In this document: positions 38,601 through 52,710 of the stretch, piece after piece
Numbering within the stretch: the first letter of the stretch is position 1
Layout of the letters: every line of letters begins with the position of its first letter
Assembly (NCBI RefSeq): GCF_036971445.1
Contig: NC_091478.1
Coordinates: forward strand, 94,550,001 to 94,614,000
Length of the DNA: 64,000 nt
From: Narcine bancroftii
Taxonomy: Eukaryota
Direction: 5' to 3'
The notes under the pieces: model-generated
What the model was told of the DNA's origin: nothing
Seen by the model: only the letters and a program-made list of their open reading frames with translations
Databases searched by the model: none
Made by a program: the position numbers and the translations under genes

Positions 38601-41475
38601 AAGACAAATTTATATGATGGGACTCAATGAAAGCCTTCATTAGAGGGCAAATAATAAGTTATGTAACTAAGATGAAAAAGGATTACAATCGGGAAATAGA
38701 CCAGTTGGAAAGGGAGATAGTAAGTACAGAAAAGGAACTAGTAAAAAGGGACGATATAACAAAAAAGAGAAAATTGGCGGACAAAGAAATAAAATACGAA
38801 ACATTACAAACATACAAGGTGGAGAAGAACATAATGAAAAAAATCAAAAGTATTATGAACTGGGAGAAAAAACACACAAAATATTAGCCTGGCAAATTAA
38901 AACAGAACAACCTAAAAGAACTGTATTGGCATCAAGGAAAAATGACAAACAAATTACATATAATCCAATAGAGATTCATGAAAACTTTAAGGAATTTTAT
39001 GAACAATTATACTAAACTGAGATGATAAAATAGAAGAGTTTTTAGCTAAAATTGAACTGGTGAAATTGCAAGAAGAGGAACAAAACAAACTGATAAAACC
39101 ATTTGAAATAGAGGAAGTACAGGATATATTAAAAAATCTGCCGAACAATAAAACACCAGGAGAGGATGGATTTCCAATAGAATTTTATAAAACATTTAAA
39201 GAGTTATTAATTCTCCTGGAAGTAATGAACCAGATAGAAGAAACATAAAACTTGCCAGATTCAGGTAAGACAGCAATAATTACAGTAATACCAAAGACGG
39301 GGAAGGATCCATTAACACCAGCATCATATAGACCAATATCTCTACTTAACTCAGACTACAAGATAATAGCGAAATTATTAGCAAATAGATTGGCCGATTA
39401 TGTACCTAAAATAGTAAAACAAGATCAAACTGGATTTATTAAGAAAAGATAAACACCAGATAATGTCTGTAAACTTATTAATCTAATTCATGCAGTTCAA
39501 GGAAATAAGAAACCAACTGTGGCTGTTGCTTTAGACACAGAAAAAAAGCCTTTGACAGAGTAGAATGGAATTATTTATTTAAAGTATTACAGAGATTCAG
39601 TCTACCAGAAAAATATATTAATTGGATTAAAGCATTGTATAATGGATCGTTGGCGAAGGTAACAGTAAATGGATATGTATCGAGTCAATTTAAATTAAAA
39701 AGGTCAACTAGACAGGGATGTCCATTATCCCCCCTCATTGTTCACCTTAGCAATATAACTATTGGCAGAACTGATAAGAACAGAAAATAAAAGGGATAAA
39801 AATAAAGGAGTATAATCAGCTTATTTGCAGATGACATCATAGTATATCTATCTGAACCAGAATTATCAATAAAATTACATAAGAAATTGAAGGAATATGG
39901 AGAAATATTGGGGTACAAGATCAATGCAAATAAAAGTGAAGTGATGCCAATGAGTAACGCGGATTATACAGAACCTTAAAAAGAATCGCCATTTAAATGG
40001 CAAGCACAAGCAATCTGATACCTAGGTATCAGGTTAGATAATAACTTAAGCTAGTTGTACAAACTAAATTATCAGCCACTAATAAAGAGTGGCTGATAAT
40101 TAATAAAGAAATTACAGGAAGACTTAGAACATTGGAAAGAATCACGGCTAACGTTGATAGGGAGGGTAAATTGCATTAAAATGAATGTGTTCCCAAGGAT
40201 ACAATACTTATTTCAATCGTTACCAATTCTAACAGAGAAATTCTTTAATGAACTAAAGAGAATAATTAGGAAATTCTTGTGGAAAGGGAGGAAACCGAGG
40301 GTAGTGTTAGATAAATTAACAGAGAGATATAACCTAGGTGGTTTGCAGTTACCAAACTTTAAAAATTATTATAGAGCCGCACAATTAAGATATTCAACAG
40401 ACTTTTACCAGACAAGGGAAAAACCAGACTGGATTAAGTTAGAACTAGACAAAATAGGGGAGAAGGTACCGGAAAATATACTTTATAAGTGGGATGAAAA
40501 ACTGGTGCAATATTTATGTAGTGCATCATTTACTTAATATATGGAAGAAGATCCACTTAGAAAGGAAAAAAACAAATGATCAAATACCAAAATTGTTATT
40601 GATACAAAACCCATTAATCCCTTTTACAATAGATAACCTTTCCTTTAGAGAATGGGAAGGAAAAGGAATCAAAAGAATAGAAAATTGTTTTTTGGGAAAT
40701 AATTTATTAACATTTGAACAGTTGAAGTAAAAATATGGAATAACTCATGGTACAATGTTTGCATATCACCAACTGAAAGCTTATTTAAAGGATAAATTGG
40801 GAAACAGATTGAGATTACCAGAAGAAAGCAGCTTTCAATATGTGATTACAGACACAATGACAATTAAAAGATTTATAACGAACATGTACATTAAGCTGCA
40901 AGATCAGGAAAATGATGAAATAAGCTATAAACCTAAACAAAAAGTGGGAAAAGGATTTAAACAAAGATAAAAAATGAAGTATGGGAAAAGTTATGTTCTG
41001 AAACTAAGAAAAATACAATAAACACAAAGTTATGCATGATACAATATAATTGGTTACACAGGGTATTTATATCACTCCTCAAAAATTAAAAGAATGGGAT
41101 CCAACATTATCAGATAGATGTTTTCACTGTAAGGAGGAAATGGGAACAACATTACATGCAATTTGGGCATGTCCGAAAGTGAATACATTTTGGGAAGATC
41201 TAAATCAGATATTAAATAAAATCACAAAAAATCCAGAAATCTTTCTTTTAAGTAACATAACAAGTAATGAATTAGGCCTCAAATTGGATAAAGTGCAAAA
41301 AAGATTCATTATGATAGCCTTAGCAGTAGCAAAAAATTATATAATGTTAACTTGGAAAATGGAAGAGAGCCTGAGAATACAGCAATGGTTCATGGAAATG
41401 AATAAATGTATTCCATTGGAAAAAATGACATATAATTAAAAAAATAAATTCACAACGTTTGAACAAATTTGGGTG
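35680..41475 (+). mobile_element. Near full-length L1/Tx1-clade LINE (ORF1 about 35896-37250, ORF2 about 37652-41439), disabled
   Basis: ORF1 ENYSRRNN, IERAHRAL, PRSIFVKFLRY; ORF2 QETHL, GGDFN, YSRID, LSDHSP, YRPISLLNSDYKI, LFADD, RCFHC...HAIWACP. Confidence 0.92.
38371..38485 (-). mobile_element. Short RTE-clade 3' end inserted antisense in L1 ORF2
   Basis: Minus strand encodes VCLSRIGLVSHKQACS* followed by the gccaagccaaagaga tail; interrupts L1 DIPP|RTYRWRLN. Confidence 0.8.
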
Positions 41476-41562
41476 CATCAATGACTAAAAATTATAAACA
41501 CTCAAAGAAAATTTTCTCACTTTAATAAATTAAGTAAGGGGAAGTTATCAAATTGGTCGTCT

Positions 41563-41842
41563 TGGGTAGTGCGCTAGTGCAGCGAAAAGAACTGAGACAG
41601 CAGGGTGTGAGGTCATTAAGCACAACTGATTTACTTTGAAGTTTGTGCTGCCGCTTTTAACGCTATCCGGAGCCCACCCCTCGGATTCTGGAACTCACAT
41701 CCTGCTGACGTAAGCACGTACGTGTAGTTCTGGTCTGTATTGGAAGAAAAGGACCCGCGACACCATCTTTGCCGTGGCTGCCCTGCTGACTGCACGTGAC
41801 AAGCGGGGCTGGTTCGCCGCTGCCATTATGTACACTGCCACA
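41563..41842 (-). mobile_element. Solo LTR (Gypsy-like), related to 6344-6611
   Basis: Minus strand starts TGTGGC and shares ggcgaacc.gccccgc and gggcagcca motifs; TSD GTCT/GCCT; interrupts L1 ORF2. Confidence 0.75.
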
Positions 41843-42320
41843 GCCTCTTTCTTTAATGATGGTTGGTCAAATCAACTCCCTTACATGGAATACATTACCT
41901 AAATTTATATACCTTTTTCAGGCTTTTCCTGCTTTTATTCTCAAGTCGTTTTTTGATTCCATCTTCTAACATATGGAAAAACAAACACCCCTGTCTAAAT
42001 AAAGTCCATCTCCAAAAACTTAAAAAGAATGGAGGCTTCGCCTTATCAAACTTTAGGAACTATTATTGGGCAGTCAAGAATTGAAATCTTACATTTTAGT
42101 CATATATTAACTGTGAAGACTGTCCAATATGGACCCCTTTGGAATCTAATTCTGTTACAAAATTTTCTATTATTTCTCTTCTCGGATCCTCACTTCCCAT
42201 ATCTTTAAATAAAGTAACTGATATCCGGTGGTTAAACATACTTTGAGGATCTGGATAAAATTTTAAAACATTTTGGTTTACTAGGATTTTCTCTTTCTGG
42301 TCCTATTTTTTTTTAAATTA

Positions 42321-42689
42321 CAGAAGAACCCCAATTTAACACGCCCTGATTTAAAGTGAATTAATCTATAATGTGTTGAGTCATTGGACCCCTTAACGTC
42401 CACATTTCATTCTTTGAGATAGGATACTTTACGAGGCAGTTTTAAAAGGGGCAGTACCAGGGATGGCCACCCCATGGTGCAGCGGATGTTTGGAAGTGGC
42501 GTGTCTAAATGATTAAGGTTAAGTAATGTTTATCTTGGTGGGGAATTCATCACATTGACGAAGGAGAGTGGGGGGTGATCAGGGGGGTGGTGGGGTTGCT
42601 GTTGTGATTCATGTGTTATTATTTTGTACATAGTAGTGAAACTCCCATTTCGTGTGACCCAACTATCATGTTATAATGGGGTTCCACTG
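42321..42689. mobile_element. Tigger/pogo-like MITE in L1
   Basis: TA|CAGAAGAACCCC...GGGGTTCCACTG|TA. Confidence 0.7.
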
Positions 42690-43849
42690 TATTTCTTTAA
42701 GCTTCCATGATTGATATAGCTTTTAAAAAATGGTATAGATTAGGCATTAAATATTTATGATTTATTTATTGAGGGAAGTCTTGCTTCTTTTGACAACGGT
42801 CAGATAAACATAGCTTACCAAACACAGTACTCATTTTATTCGTTATCTATAGATTAGAGATTTTTTTACGATTTCAATTGCTTACATTTCCTAAGAGCAT
42901 TCATAACAATTTAATAGATGTAATTTTTAATTTACAACCTTTTTATAATGGTTCAAATATCTAACATTTATGAGTGTTGTTGGGAATAAGAGAGGCTCCC
43001 TTGGATAAAATTTAAAAAAAAGCCTGGGTACAGGACCTAAAGCTTTTAATCTCTGAAGAAACTTGGAATAAAATTTTTAAATTGGTTAATACCTCTTCTT
43101 AATGTGCTTGCCATCCCCTCCTATAATTTGAAGTAGTCCATAGGGCTAACATGTCCAAAGTCAAATTATCTTGCTTTTATGGAGAGATATCTCCTCATTG
43201 TGATAGATGCAACAATGGAGATGCTTCACTAATTCATATGTTTTGGACATGCCAGAGTATTGGGAAATAATGGAATGAATATTTCAAAAAGCTTCTTTTT
43301 AAAGTTATTTTTAAGCATAATCTTTCAACTGCCTTGATTGGCAGAGAGTTGCATAATTTTAACAGTACCTGACTTGTATGTATTAGTGTTTATTTCTCTT
43401 ATGCTTAGGCAGGCAGTGTTGCTCAAATGGAAGGACGTTGCTCTGCCTACTCATGCTCAATGACTAAGTGAAATTATATCAGGTTTAAATTTAGAAAAGA
43501 TTAGATGCCCAATTTATGATTTGAATTTAAACTTTCAAACACGGTGGAGACCATTTTTGAATTACTTTCAAAATCTTTGATTTGGTATTGTTCCAGAGGT
43601 GTTGACAAATAAGGCAATTTAAAACTCTACTAAGGATTTTTTCCTCTCTCTTTACCAAACAGTTTTGTTTTTGGTAGTGGGCTTAGATGTTCATTTTATA
43701 ATAAAATATTACTAATATAATTTGATTGAGAATGCTGGGTACCTTGGATGAAATAGTATGATCTAAGTGTAATGTATTATTTTTTGACTTTTAATAAATC
43801 TTAATGTACTCTGTATTTTTTGATGTGGAATGTTGAAAGAGACAAGGAG

Positions 43850-43967
43850 TCACACAGAGAGATGGTGTCATATACACACAGAGGAAAAAGTCCCACATTC
43901 TCTCTCTCTCTCTCTGTGTATGTGGAACTTTTTCTCTGTGTGTATATGACACCATCTCTTTGTGTGA
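43850..43967. repeat. Long inverted repeat (~48-bp stem, ~21-nt CT-rich loop)
   Basis: 43850-43898 pairs with 43920-43967 with about 3 differences. Confidence 0.9.
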
Positions 43968-44374
43968 GAGAGCAAGAGCAAGCGCACACAGAGATAAGTT
44001 GCAAGAGCATTACAGAGAGAGATGGTGTTGGCAAATCAAGAACCTTTCAATTTCTACTTTAAATACACATAACGGCCTCCATAACTGGCTGTGGCAATGT
44101 CCCACAGATTTCACAACATTTTTCTAAATTCCTCGGCATCTCTGTTCTAAGTGGACATCTTTCAATCTTGAAGTTGTGCCCCCTTAACCCAGGCTCTGCC
44201 ACCAAGGGAACAACCTTTCTACATCTACTCTGTCCTTGCCTTCAACATTCGTTATGTTTCAATGATCTTCCCTTCATTCTCCTAAATTCCAAAAAATACA
44301 GTCGAAAAGCTATTCAAAGCTCCTCATATGATAACCCTTACATTCCCGGAATCATCCTGATGAACCTCCTCTGA

Positions 44375-44730
44375 ATTGTAAGTAGCAGAAGGTTTTGTTT
44401 GATAAGTCAAATTTGTTTTTTTAATGACATGAACTGCCCCTTTTCATAACATTCCTCAATATACCTGATCCCTTTCTGGCACCAGGTGTCCAGGCTCTTG
44501 TTACCCATAGTCATAGTCATAGGGGTTAATTTGTTCTGGAATAAGGGGCGTTTTAGGAGACAACCCTACTTTTAACCCAATAATCATTTTTTTTGCCACA
44601 TTTAGATTATATGCTTTAGTATCGGGTTGTCTGTTTTTTAACATTAATAATTTAGTATCGCATTTGTAAATAATTTCTCCTATCTTCTCCTCTACTGTGT
44701 GTAGACTAATTTGTGCCCCAGGAGTGTAAA
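44375..44730 (-). mobile_element. L1 ORF2 C-terminal fragment
   Basis: GNKSLDTWCQKGIRYIEECYEKGQFMS...YLQ resembles the L1 segment at 40600-40790. Confidence 0.65.
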
Positions 44731-47467
44731 CCATCCCCCTCAATTCTCTCTTTGTTAATATTTTTCTTTCTTTACATACCAATAAAACCTCCTGAGTCAT
44801 TACATTGGTGGCTAACTTTGACTCAGAGATACACAGGATGTAAATAGGCCCTATAGCCAATAAATCCACACTAACCAAGATAACTACCTGAGCAAATTCT
44901 ATTTGCATACATTTGGCCCAGTTCCGTCTAACCTTTTCTATTCATGTACCTGTCCAAACGTCATTAATTCAATTTTTCCCACCTTTATCCCTTCCTCTGC
45001 AAGTTTGTTCCATATACACACTGTTCTCCATTTAAAATTTGTTACTCCAGGCAAAGCACTCCTATCCAATTCAGTCATTAAAGCCCTCCAGGTTCAGCAA
45101 AATCCTTGTGAATATTTTGTGCACCCTCTCTAGCTTAATCATTCCTTTTATGAACAGTAAAACCCCTGTTATCAGGAATTCAAAAAAAGGCAAAAACACG
45201 AGGAAAATAAATAAATAAATAAAACGGTTTAAACATATAAGCATAAATAAAAATTTAAAGAAAAGTTTAAAATTGTAGAAGTAATTGCTCTCTGAAGTAA
45301 CACATAAACCTTTAGAGAAGATGAGAGCAAATATTCAGTCAGCGGAGTGCCTTGGTCGTGCTTTGCTCATAGCAGCTGTTTGAATAAAGTTGTATGAAAC
45401 AGCAATGGCGTCGCCCAGGATGAAGAACTGGTTGATGCCACTCGCCGTTGGGGTAACTCTCTTAAAGTGTCCCTGCTTAGTAATAGTCTTTAATGTTATT
45501 AGTATATTATTAACAATATTAGTAAGGCTTGGGAGGCAGGGTTAATTATGATATATTTATTAGTCTTTTGGGCGGCTTCATGAAAGGGGATGTTTTCAAA
45601 GAATGTGACTGAAAATAGAGTAAAATGCTTTAAGGTTTATATATTCATGCAAGTGAAGTTTGTTCAGTATAAATGGAATTTTTTTCTTTTAAAATCATTT
45701 ATTTTTAAACTCAGGAGTATTAGCTAGATATGTAAAAGTAAGTCTCAAGCAACTGGAAAATGCACTTATCCGGCATATACCAATCCCTGTAGATGATTGG
45801 TACAATGGGATTCATTCCATCTTGCATCCTCATTTTTTGTACTCGATTAGTCGGGTGTTCTTTGCTTTTTAAAATAATGTCTAACCTTCTAATCTGCTAA
45901 TTTTTTGCACAAGTATATGCTTTATAATTTTTTTTGTCAAACATGGATGATAGATTTACCCTTTGGAATTCTGTTTCTTGAATTTATTCTATGTAGATAG
46001 CTCACAAAAGTGAAATGGATAAGTATGGAAGAACTTCTCTAAAGTACTAAGATTGACACAGTAAAAGGCTCAGAACCAGAGATCACTGAAAATTAGAATC
46101 AAGCAAGATGTAGAGCAAAGTAGTATACTTCAACTGATCCATGATCAATAATGGCTTGTCTACACACAATAAAAGCATGTTACAGTGGAAGACAATATCT
46201 AACAAAGTGTGCATCCACACAGAAAGTTAGTTCCTTTGAAATAATGAAATGGAAAGAGGCTATGCAGATATTATGTAAAGTCAACCATCATTGAATCTGT
46301 GCTGGATGTGCATTTCAGATACTGTTTGTCCCCTGAAAACTTGTCCTCGTGCATTTCACAACCATCTGTTTACAAACCTCCTAGCAGCATACAACTTAAA
46401 TACAATAGGTAGTTGGGGTCCAAGATTTCATACCGCATTACAGCCGAGTCGCGGAACAGATGCATATGTCACAATTCAGAAAGCAGGAAAACAGAATTTA
46501 AGCCCACCCGAATTGTGCTGCTGACTCCCCCCACCCCCCACCCACCTTTTGCCCACCTGACTTGCACTGCCGCTCTCCCTCCCTTGCCCGTCAGGAGTCC
46601 ATTTTTGAGTTTGTGGCTGTTAGCCACCGTTAGCCTGGTATCCTAAAATCAATGTTTGGGGTCCACAGACACCCGTGCTATAAGCAATTCCACGGATTAA
46701 TGAATTGCGTTCTAACGAGGTTTCACTGTATTCCTAATAACCTCTTAAAGTCTCGACCAGATCACTGGAGTTTGGAAAGAACTTAAGCCAGCTAAATAAA
46801 CTCATTAATTCACAGTAACATTAACAGTACAACCAAATGTCATATTCATTCTCCAGGAATTACTATTGTGCCATCAAGCTAACAGGTGTCAGATGCTCCT
46901 TTGCATCCTTTTAAACGCAAAATATACAAAAACAACTGAAAATAATTCTGTATTTGGCAATCAAATCAGAGACCGAGCTTTAAGTGTGACTCACAGGTGG
47001 GGTTAATTTATCAGGGTCACGCAAGTCAAGATAAGTGATAAAGAAATAAGAGAAACAGAAAAATCTGCAGATGATGGAATCTCGAGCAATGACTTGCTGG
47101 GAGAATTCAGTGGGTCAGGCATCATCCGGTAAAAATGGTGGCTTTGGATCCAGCAGTCCAAGAATGCCACATCTCTTATTTATACAATGAGTTTTGAACA
47201 AGCTTACATTAAGATCCATATAAAGAAGCACTTTATTCAATGGTTCAATTGGAATAAATTAGTGAAATGTCTTGAAGATTCAACTGCTGACAATGACCGC
47301 ATTTTCTCTCTTAATACAAGGCATAAAGGGGCAATCAATATTAATGATAACTTAAGCCACATGGGTTAGGAATATTGCTGGATGAAGGGAAAATCATAAG
47401 CACTACAATTATTGGTGTTTAAGGAGTGTTCTGAAAAATTATATGCAGTCAGCTAACATGTGCTTAC

Positions 47468-47742
47468 CTCGCTGGAGGTGGGGATCTCTGCTTTGGCTTC
47501 TCTTTCTCTCGTTCTCTGTCTTTTTGTGCTTTTTCTTTTTCTTCTCGCTTTGCTCGCTCTCGCTCCCACTCCTCTTTTCTTCGCTGTCGCTCTTTGTCAC
47601 GTTCACGTTCCCTGTCCCGTTCTCGCTCTCGGATCCTGTTTCCTCGTTCTCTTTCTCTTTCCCTTTCCCTCTCACGCTGTTCTCGATGTCTGTCTCGCTC
47701 TCTTTCTCGTTCCCTTTCTCTCTCCCGTTCCCTCTCTCTTTC
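47468..47742 (-). CDS. ZC3H18: ZC3H18 exon (275 nt, phase 0-2), RE-repeat coiled coil
   Basis: ttttccttcctgtgctag|GAA...GCGAG|gtaagc; encodes ERERERERE...DKERQRRKEEWERERAKREEKEKAQKDREREKEKPKQRSPPPA(S); splices in frame to 8761. Confidence 0.95.
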
Positions 47743-48149
47743 CTAGCACAGGAAGGAAAAACAAGACTGTTCACCATCAACTTTCAAAGCATCATTAAAA
47801 CTCTAGCACCAACTAGACCACTAGGTAGTAAAGTGAGAGCTGGACTCAGTTCAAATTGATAGATGGCCAAGATGTTCATTCTGTGCTGAGCTAGTTACTT
47901 TAGCAATGGCTCTGAGTGTTAGCAGAGGGAGAGAGTGTGGATGTAGTATGAATCTTGTTCTAACTAGTGTTGTACAATGAGTGTAGCCATCAATCAAGAT
48001 GGAATTGAACTGGGAAGGGTTAAAAGGGGCCTCTGCAAAAAAAAAAAGCATTCTTTTGAGAGGTGGAGGAAATTTGGAAAAACAGCACATTTCATTTCAA
48101 CATTTTCCAGTCTGGCTGAATAAAACATCGACCTAAGCGTCAAAAATAC

Positions 48150-51060
48150 CATCAGGATGACAAAATTGGGAGGAGAAAGATGAGTCGTCCATTCATATGA
48201 AAATTCATATTTATTGGATTACATAGCAAAATAAAAAGAGAACTTTATTGTGAGGCAGAATGCCAAGTTACAGAGAGATATCAGTTAGAACAGGGCACAG
48301 GCCTATACAAAAGGGACAATTGCATTGAACCAGCTAAGTTTGCTAAATTTCTTGGGGAGAATTTAAATGAGGTTGGCAGGAGGATGGGAACCAGAGACCT
48401 CGGTCAGATTCTGAAGTAGTTGGTGGAAAGGCAGATGCAACATGCAGAGAGACTGTGAGGAAGGTCAGGAAGTGGAAGAAGTGGCAGTCACTTGGATGGT
48501 TTAAAATATGTTTACATAAATGCAAACATATTAAGAATAAATATGAAGTTAGAGCACGGATCGGTACATCGAATTACAGAAACCTGGCTGTCATAAGGGC
48601 AAGATTGTCTACGTGACCTTCCAGGCTTTAGATGTTTCAAAGTGGAAGGTGGTGGGGTGGGGTTGGAAGTGTCATTTCTAATCAAGGTTAGTATCATAGC
48701 TGCAGAAAGGGAAGACATTGTAGAGGGGTCATTTATTGAGGCATTGTGCGTAGAAGTCCGAAACAAGAAGGGAGTGATTACTGATGGGAGTATTCCATAG
48801 CCACCCAACCCTTTGAGAAGCAGATAAGTGGGAAGAGTTTAAAAAGGTGTAAAAATAACAAATTTTGTGTCATGGGAGACTTCAACTTCCCTCCTTACTG
48901 CAAAAGGTACAGATGGTGCAGAATTTGAGGTGTGTCCAAGAAGGATTCCAGTATGTGGACAAGGCAACTAGAGAAGAGGTCAAACAGGATCCAGTACTGG
49001 GGAACGAACCTGGTTAGTCTCTAAGTGGGGAAGCATTTCAGAGGCAGTGACCACAACTTCATCACCTTTAGCATGGCCATAGACAATGAAAGGAGCAGAC
49101 AAAATAGGGAAGTGTTTAATTGGGGGAGAACTAATTACGAAGCATTAGACTGAAACTTAGGAGAATTAATTAAGAAAATACGTTTTCAGGAAAAAATATA
49201 GATTAGCTTGGGACCACTAACATGGGCTTCTGCAATAGGCTTTTCCCACTAAGACAGAGAAAGGATGATAGGATAAAGGAACCAGCAGAGAGAAGGAAGC
49301 AAACACAAGGTTTAGGAAGCAAGATGAGGTATAGCTCTTTAGAATTATATGGTAGCCAGGAAGGAATTTAAGAAGGAACCAGAAAGCTAGAATGGCACAC
49401 AAGAAAGCTTTGGCAAGTATGATTAAGGAAAACTCCAAGGCATTCTACACAGAAATGAAAAATATATGGTTGCCTAGAGTGAGAGTAGGACCACTCAGGG
49501 ATAAAGAGGGAAACATGCGACTGAAGGCAGAGGAGGTCTTCAACAAATACTTTGCGTCATTGAGGGACCTTGACAAATGTGAGGTCAGCATAGAACAGGT
49601 GGAGCATATTGAGGTTAAGGAAGAGGTTGTGTTGGAGCTTCTGAAAAACATTAGGATAAATAAATCTCCAAAGCTGGACAGGAAATTAAAGAAAAGATTA
49701 CTGGAGCATTGTTGATTAACTTTGCGACTTCCCTAACCTTTGTACAAGAAATATGATAGGGAAATTATAGGAGATATGGTCCAGTGAGATTTACATCAAT
49801 GGTGATCAAACTATTGGAGACGATTCTTAGGGACAGGATTTATGAACATTTGGAGAAGCATATTCTTATTAGGAATGAGGGACAGGTTGTGCATCACATA
49901 TCTAATTGAGCTTTCAAAGAGGTGACAAATCAAATTGATGAAGGTAGAGTGGTGGATTTGGCATATATAGATTTTAGTATGGCAATTGACAAGGCTCCCC
50001 ATCGTAGACTCATCCAGAAAGTCATGAGACATGGGATCCATGGAACCTTGGCTGCTCCGATTCAAAATGGGCTTGCCTTCAGAAAGCAGAGGGTGGTAGT
50101 AGATGGAGGCCAGTGACCAGTGGCATTCCGCAGGGATCTGTTCTGGGACCTATGCTCTGAAATTTTTATAAATGACTTGGGTGAAGAAGTGGAGGGGTGG
50201 GCCAGTAAGCTTCCGGATGATACAAAAGTTGAAGGTGCTGTGGATAGTATAGAAGGTTGTCATAGTCTACAACAGGATACAGAATTGGGTGAAGTGGCTG
50301 ATGGAGCTGATCCAGATAACTGGTTAGCGATGCACTTTGGAAGGTCGAAGTTGAAGGCAGGGTACAAGGTTAATAATAGTGTGCAGGAACAGAGGGATCT
50401 TGGGGTCCAAGTTCATGGATCCCTCAAAGTTGCTGTTCAAATTGTTAAGGTGGTTGAGAAGGCATCTTGGGTGCTGGCCTTCATTTGTTGGGGGATTGAG
50501 TTCAAAAGCTACGAGGTAATGTTGAGGCTCCATAAATCTCTGGTTAAACCACACAGGAATATTGTTTTCAGTTCTGGTTGCCTCATTAAAGTATTTGAAA
50601 ACTTGAGAGAGGATGAAGAAATTTACCAGGATACTGCCTATGTCGGAAAACATGTCTTGGGTGGAAAGGTTAAGTGAGTTAGAGCTTTTCTCTTTGGAGT
50701 GACAAAGGATCAAAGGCGACAATATAAAGATGAATTAAGATTACAAGACACAGAGTGAGCAAACAACCTTCACCTTTTTCCCCAGGGCAGCAATGACCAA
50801 TACCAGAGGATATCAGTTTAAGTTGAGTGAAGGAAAATTTAGGGGAGATGTCAGAAGTAGGCTTTAAAAAAAAAAGTGGCGGGTGGTGGAATAGATTGTC
50901 AGGGATGTAGAGGCTGATACAACAGGGCCATTTAAAAGACTCTTAGATTAGCACATGGGTGTAATGGAGAGTTATGGGTTGTGAGGGAGCGAAGGGTTAG
51001 ATTGATGTAAAGAAAGTTTATTTAAGTCAGCAAAACATCATGGACTGAAGGGCCTGTACT
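48150..51060 (+). mobile_element. Long degenerate CR1
   Basis: Endonuclease remnants (ETWL, GDFNF), KENSKAFY, YIDFSMAIDKAPH, DDTKV, 3' UTR. Confidence 0.85.
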
Positions 51061-51134
51061 CTTCTACATACCCTAAGGCTAGCTTATTTGAGTAACATCT
51101 TCAAAGCACACTAGCATGGAGAGAATGTTTAAAC

Positions 51135-51503
51135 CAGTGGTTCTCAACCTTTTTCTTTCCACTCACACACCACTTTAAGTAATCTCTATGCCTTTGGTGC
51201 TGTGATTAGTAAGGGATTGCTTAAAGTGGTATGTGAGAGGGAAGGGAAGGTTGAGTATCACTGCTCTAGACCCAATTGTTACTGAATATTTGGTTGAAAA
51301 AAAACTGTCATTGGCCCATTTCCTTTGGAGTTATGAAACCGCACATAACAAGTCAATGAGGTACGATTAAAACAGTGGTTTTCATACTTTTTCTTTCTAC
51401 CCATATACCACCTTAAGCAATCCCTTACTACTCATAGAGCACATATGGCATAGGGAATACTTAAAGTGGTATGTGAGTGGAAGAAAAAGGTTGAGAACCA
51501 CTG
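51135..51503. mobile_element. Composite hAT MITE (monomer + 109-bp spacer + monomer), copy 1
   Basis: Outer TIR CAGTGGTTCTCAACCT; TSD GTTTAAAC/GTTTACAC; internal TIRs end at 51263 and start at 51373. Confidence 0.88.
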
Positions 51504-52321
51504 GTTTACACTCTGCAGTCAACCCAGAGATTGGGATCAAGCCCAAGTCCCTGGAGTTGTCCAGCAGCAGTACGAACTATTGAGCAGATTTTCTTTTAAT
51601 TATCTGTTACTTTAAGTCACATCATTAACACAGTAAGGAATTGGACCATTTGAATTAAAGGCTGTAATCTAACCAAGGGAAATTACAATGAAATGAAGAA
51701 GACTGTTTTATGGTGGGGTAGTTGAGGAACGGTGGAAGAGATTTTTCAAATGCTCAACAAGAGTATATTCCAAGGATAGAAAGGATGGGGGAGAGCCAAC
51801 TAAGGAAATAAAGGAAGGTATCAAATTTAAATCTTATGGATTCAAAGTAATCAGAGTTGTAAGAAACTGGAAGATTGGAAACCCTTTACAAAGTGAAAGG
51901 AAACCACTAAGCAAGCAATAAAAAGATTATGAAAGTAATCTAGCACAAAAAATAAACAAGGATTGTAAAGATTTTTTATAATTATAAAAATCGGAAAAGG
52001 GTGGCTAAAATGAATTCAGGTCCATGCAAGATGAGAAAGGGGAATTCTGAGCAATATTGTTCATCCAGCACACAGCTTCTTTAACCCACTACCATGAATA
52101 AATAGGTATAGGACTATCAAAATCAGGACTTTCAGGCTGTGAAATTGCTTCTTTCCACAGGCTGTGAGGCTGATGAACAGTATCCTGTAGCCATGCAAAT
52201 CATCCCAAAATATTTATATATATTTATTTTGATTATTTATGTGATCATGATGTACCGGGTATTGTGTGTTTTTGTGTGTACACCATGCTCTGGAGAGATG
52301 CTGTTTCATTGGGTTGGACAT

Positions 52322-52668
52322 TGTAATGGATAAATATTTGGGAGAACTTAAGAGTAGGTTACATACATACACACATTTTAAAACCTATCTTATTTGAATG
52401 ACTGAATAATTCATATTTAGTAACATTGCAGGATATCTGGAGAATGTGATGCACATTTCACAAGTAGGTGCTAATTGAACTGATGTCATAAAATGAATGG
52501 ATTGGAGACAAACTGGCTACAAGTACCTTTCTGCAAAGTCCTCAAAGGTCACTCCTGGGTTTTGTTTATCTAAGACAACATCGTGACCAAGGAGAAGAAC
52601 TCCTGTTGTTTGCTGAAGAAGGTGGGGGTTTTGCAAGTGAGAGAGTCACGTGGGCTTTTTGGCAGTTG

Positions 52669-52710
<42 letters not shown>

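Larger units (their letters stand above)
41480..43830 (+). mobile_element. Second, older L1 ORF2 3' part
   Basis: GGFALSNFRNYYWA, Cys/His motif (CDRC...HMFWTC), 3' UTR with AATAAA. Confidence 0.8.

Noticed and set aside
44501-44908. 135-aa ORF as a possible viral or novel gene
   Set aside because: Chimera of an L1 ORF2 fragment and adjacent CR1 tail sequence
47439-47859. ORF-track proteins over the RE exon
   Set aside because: These are the wrong frames or strand; the real frame is the spliced ERERER frame at 47742-47468
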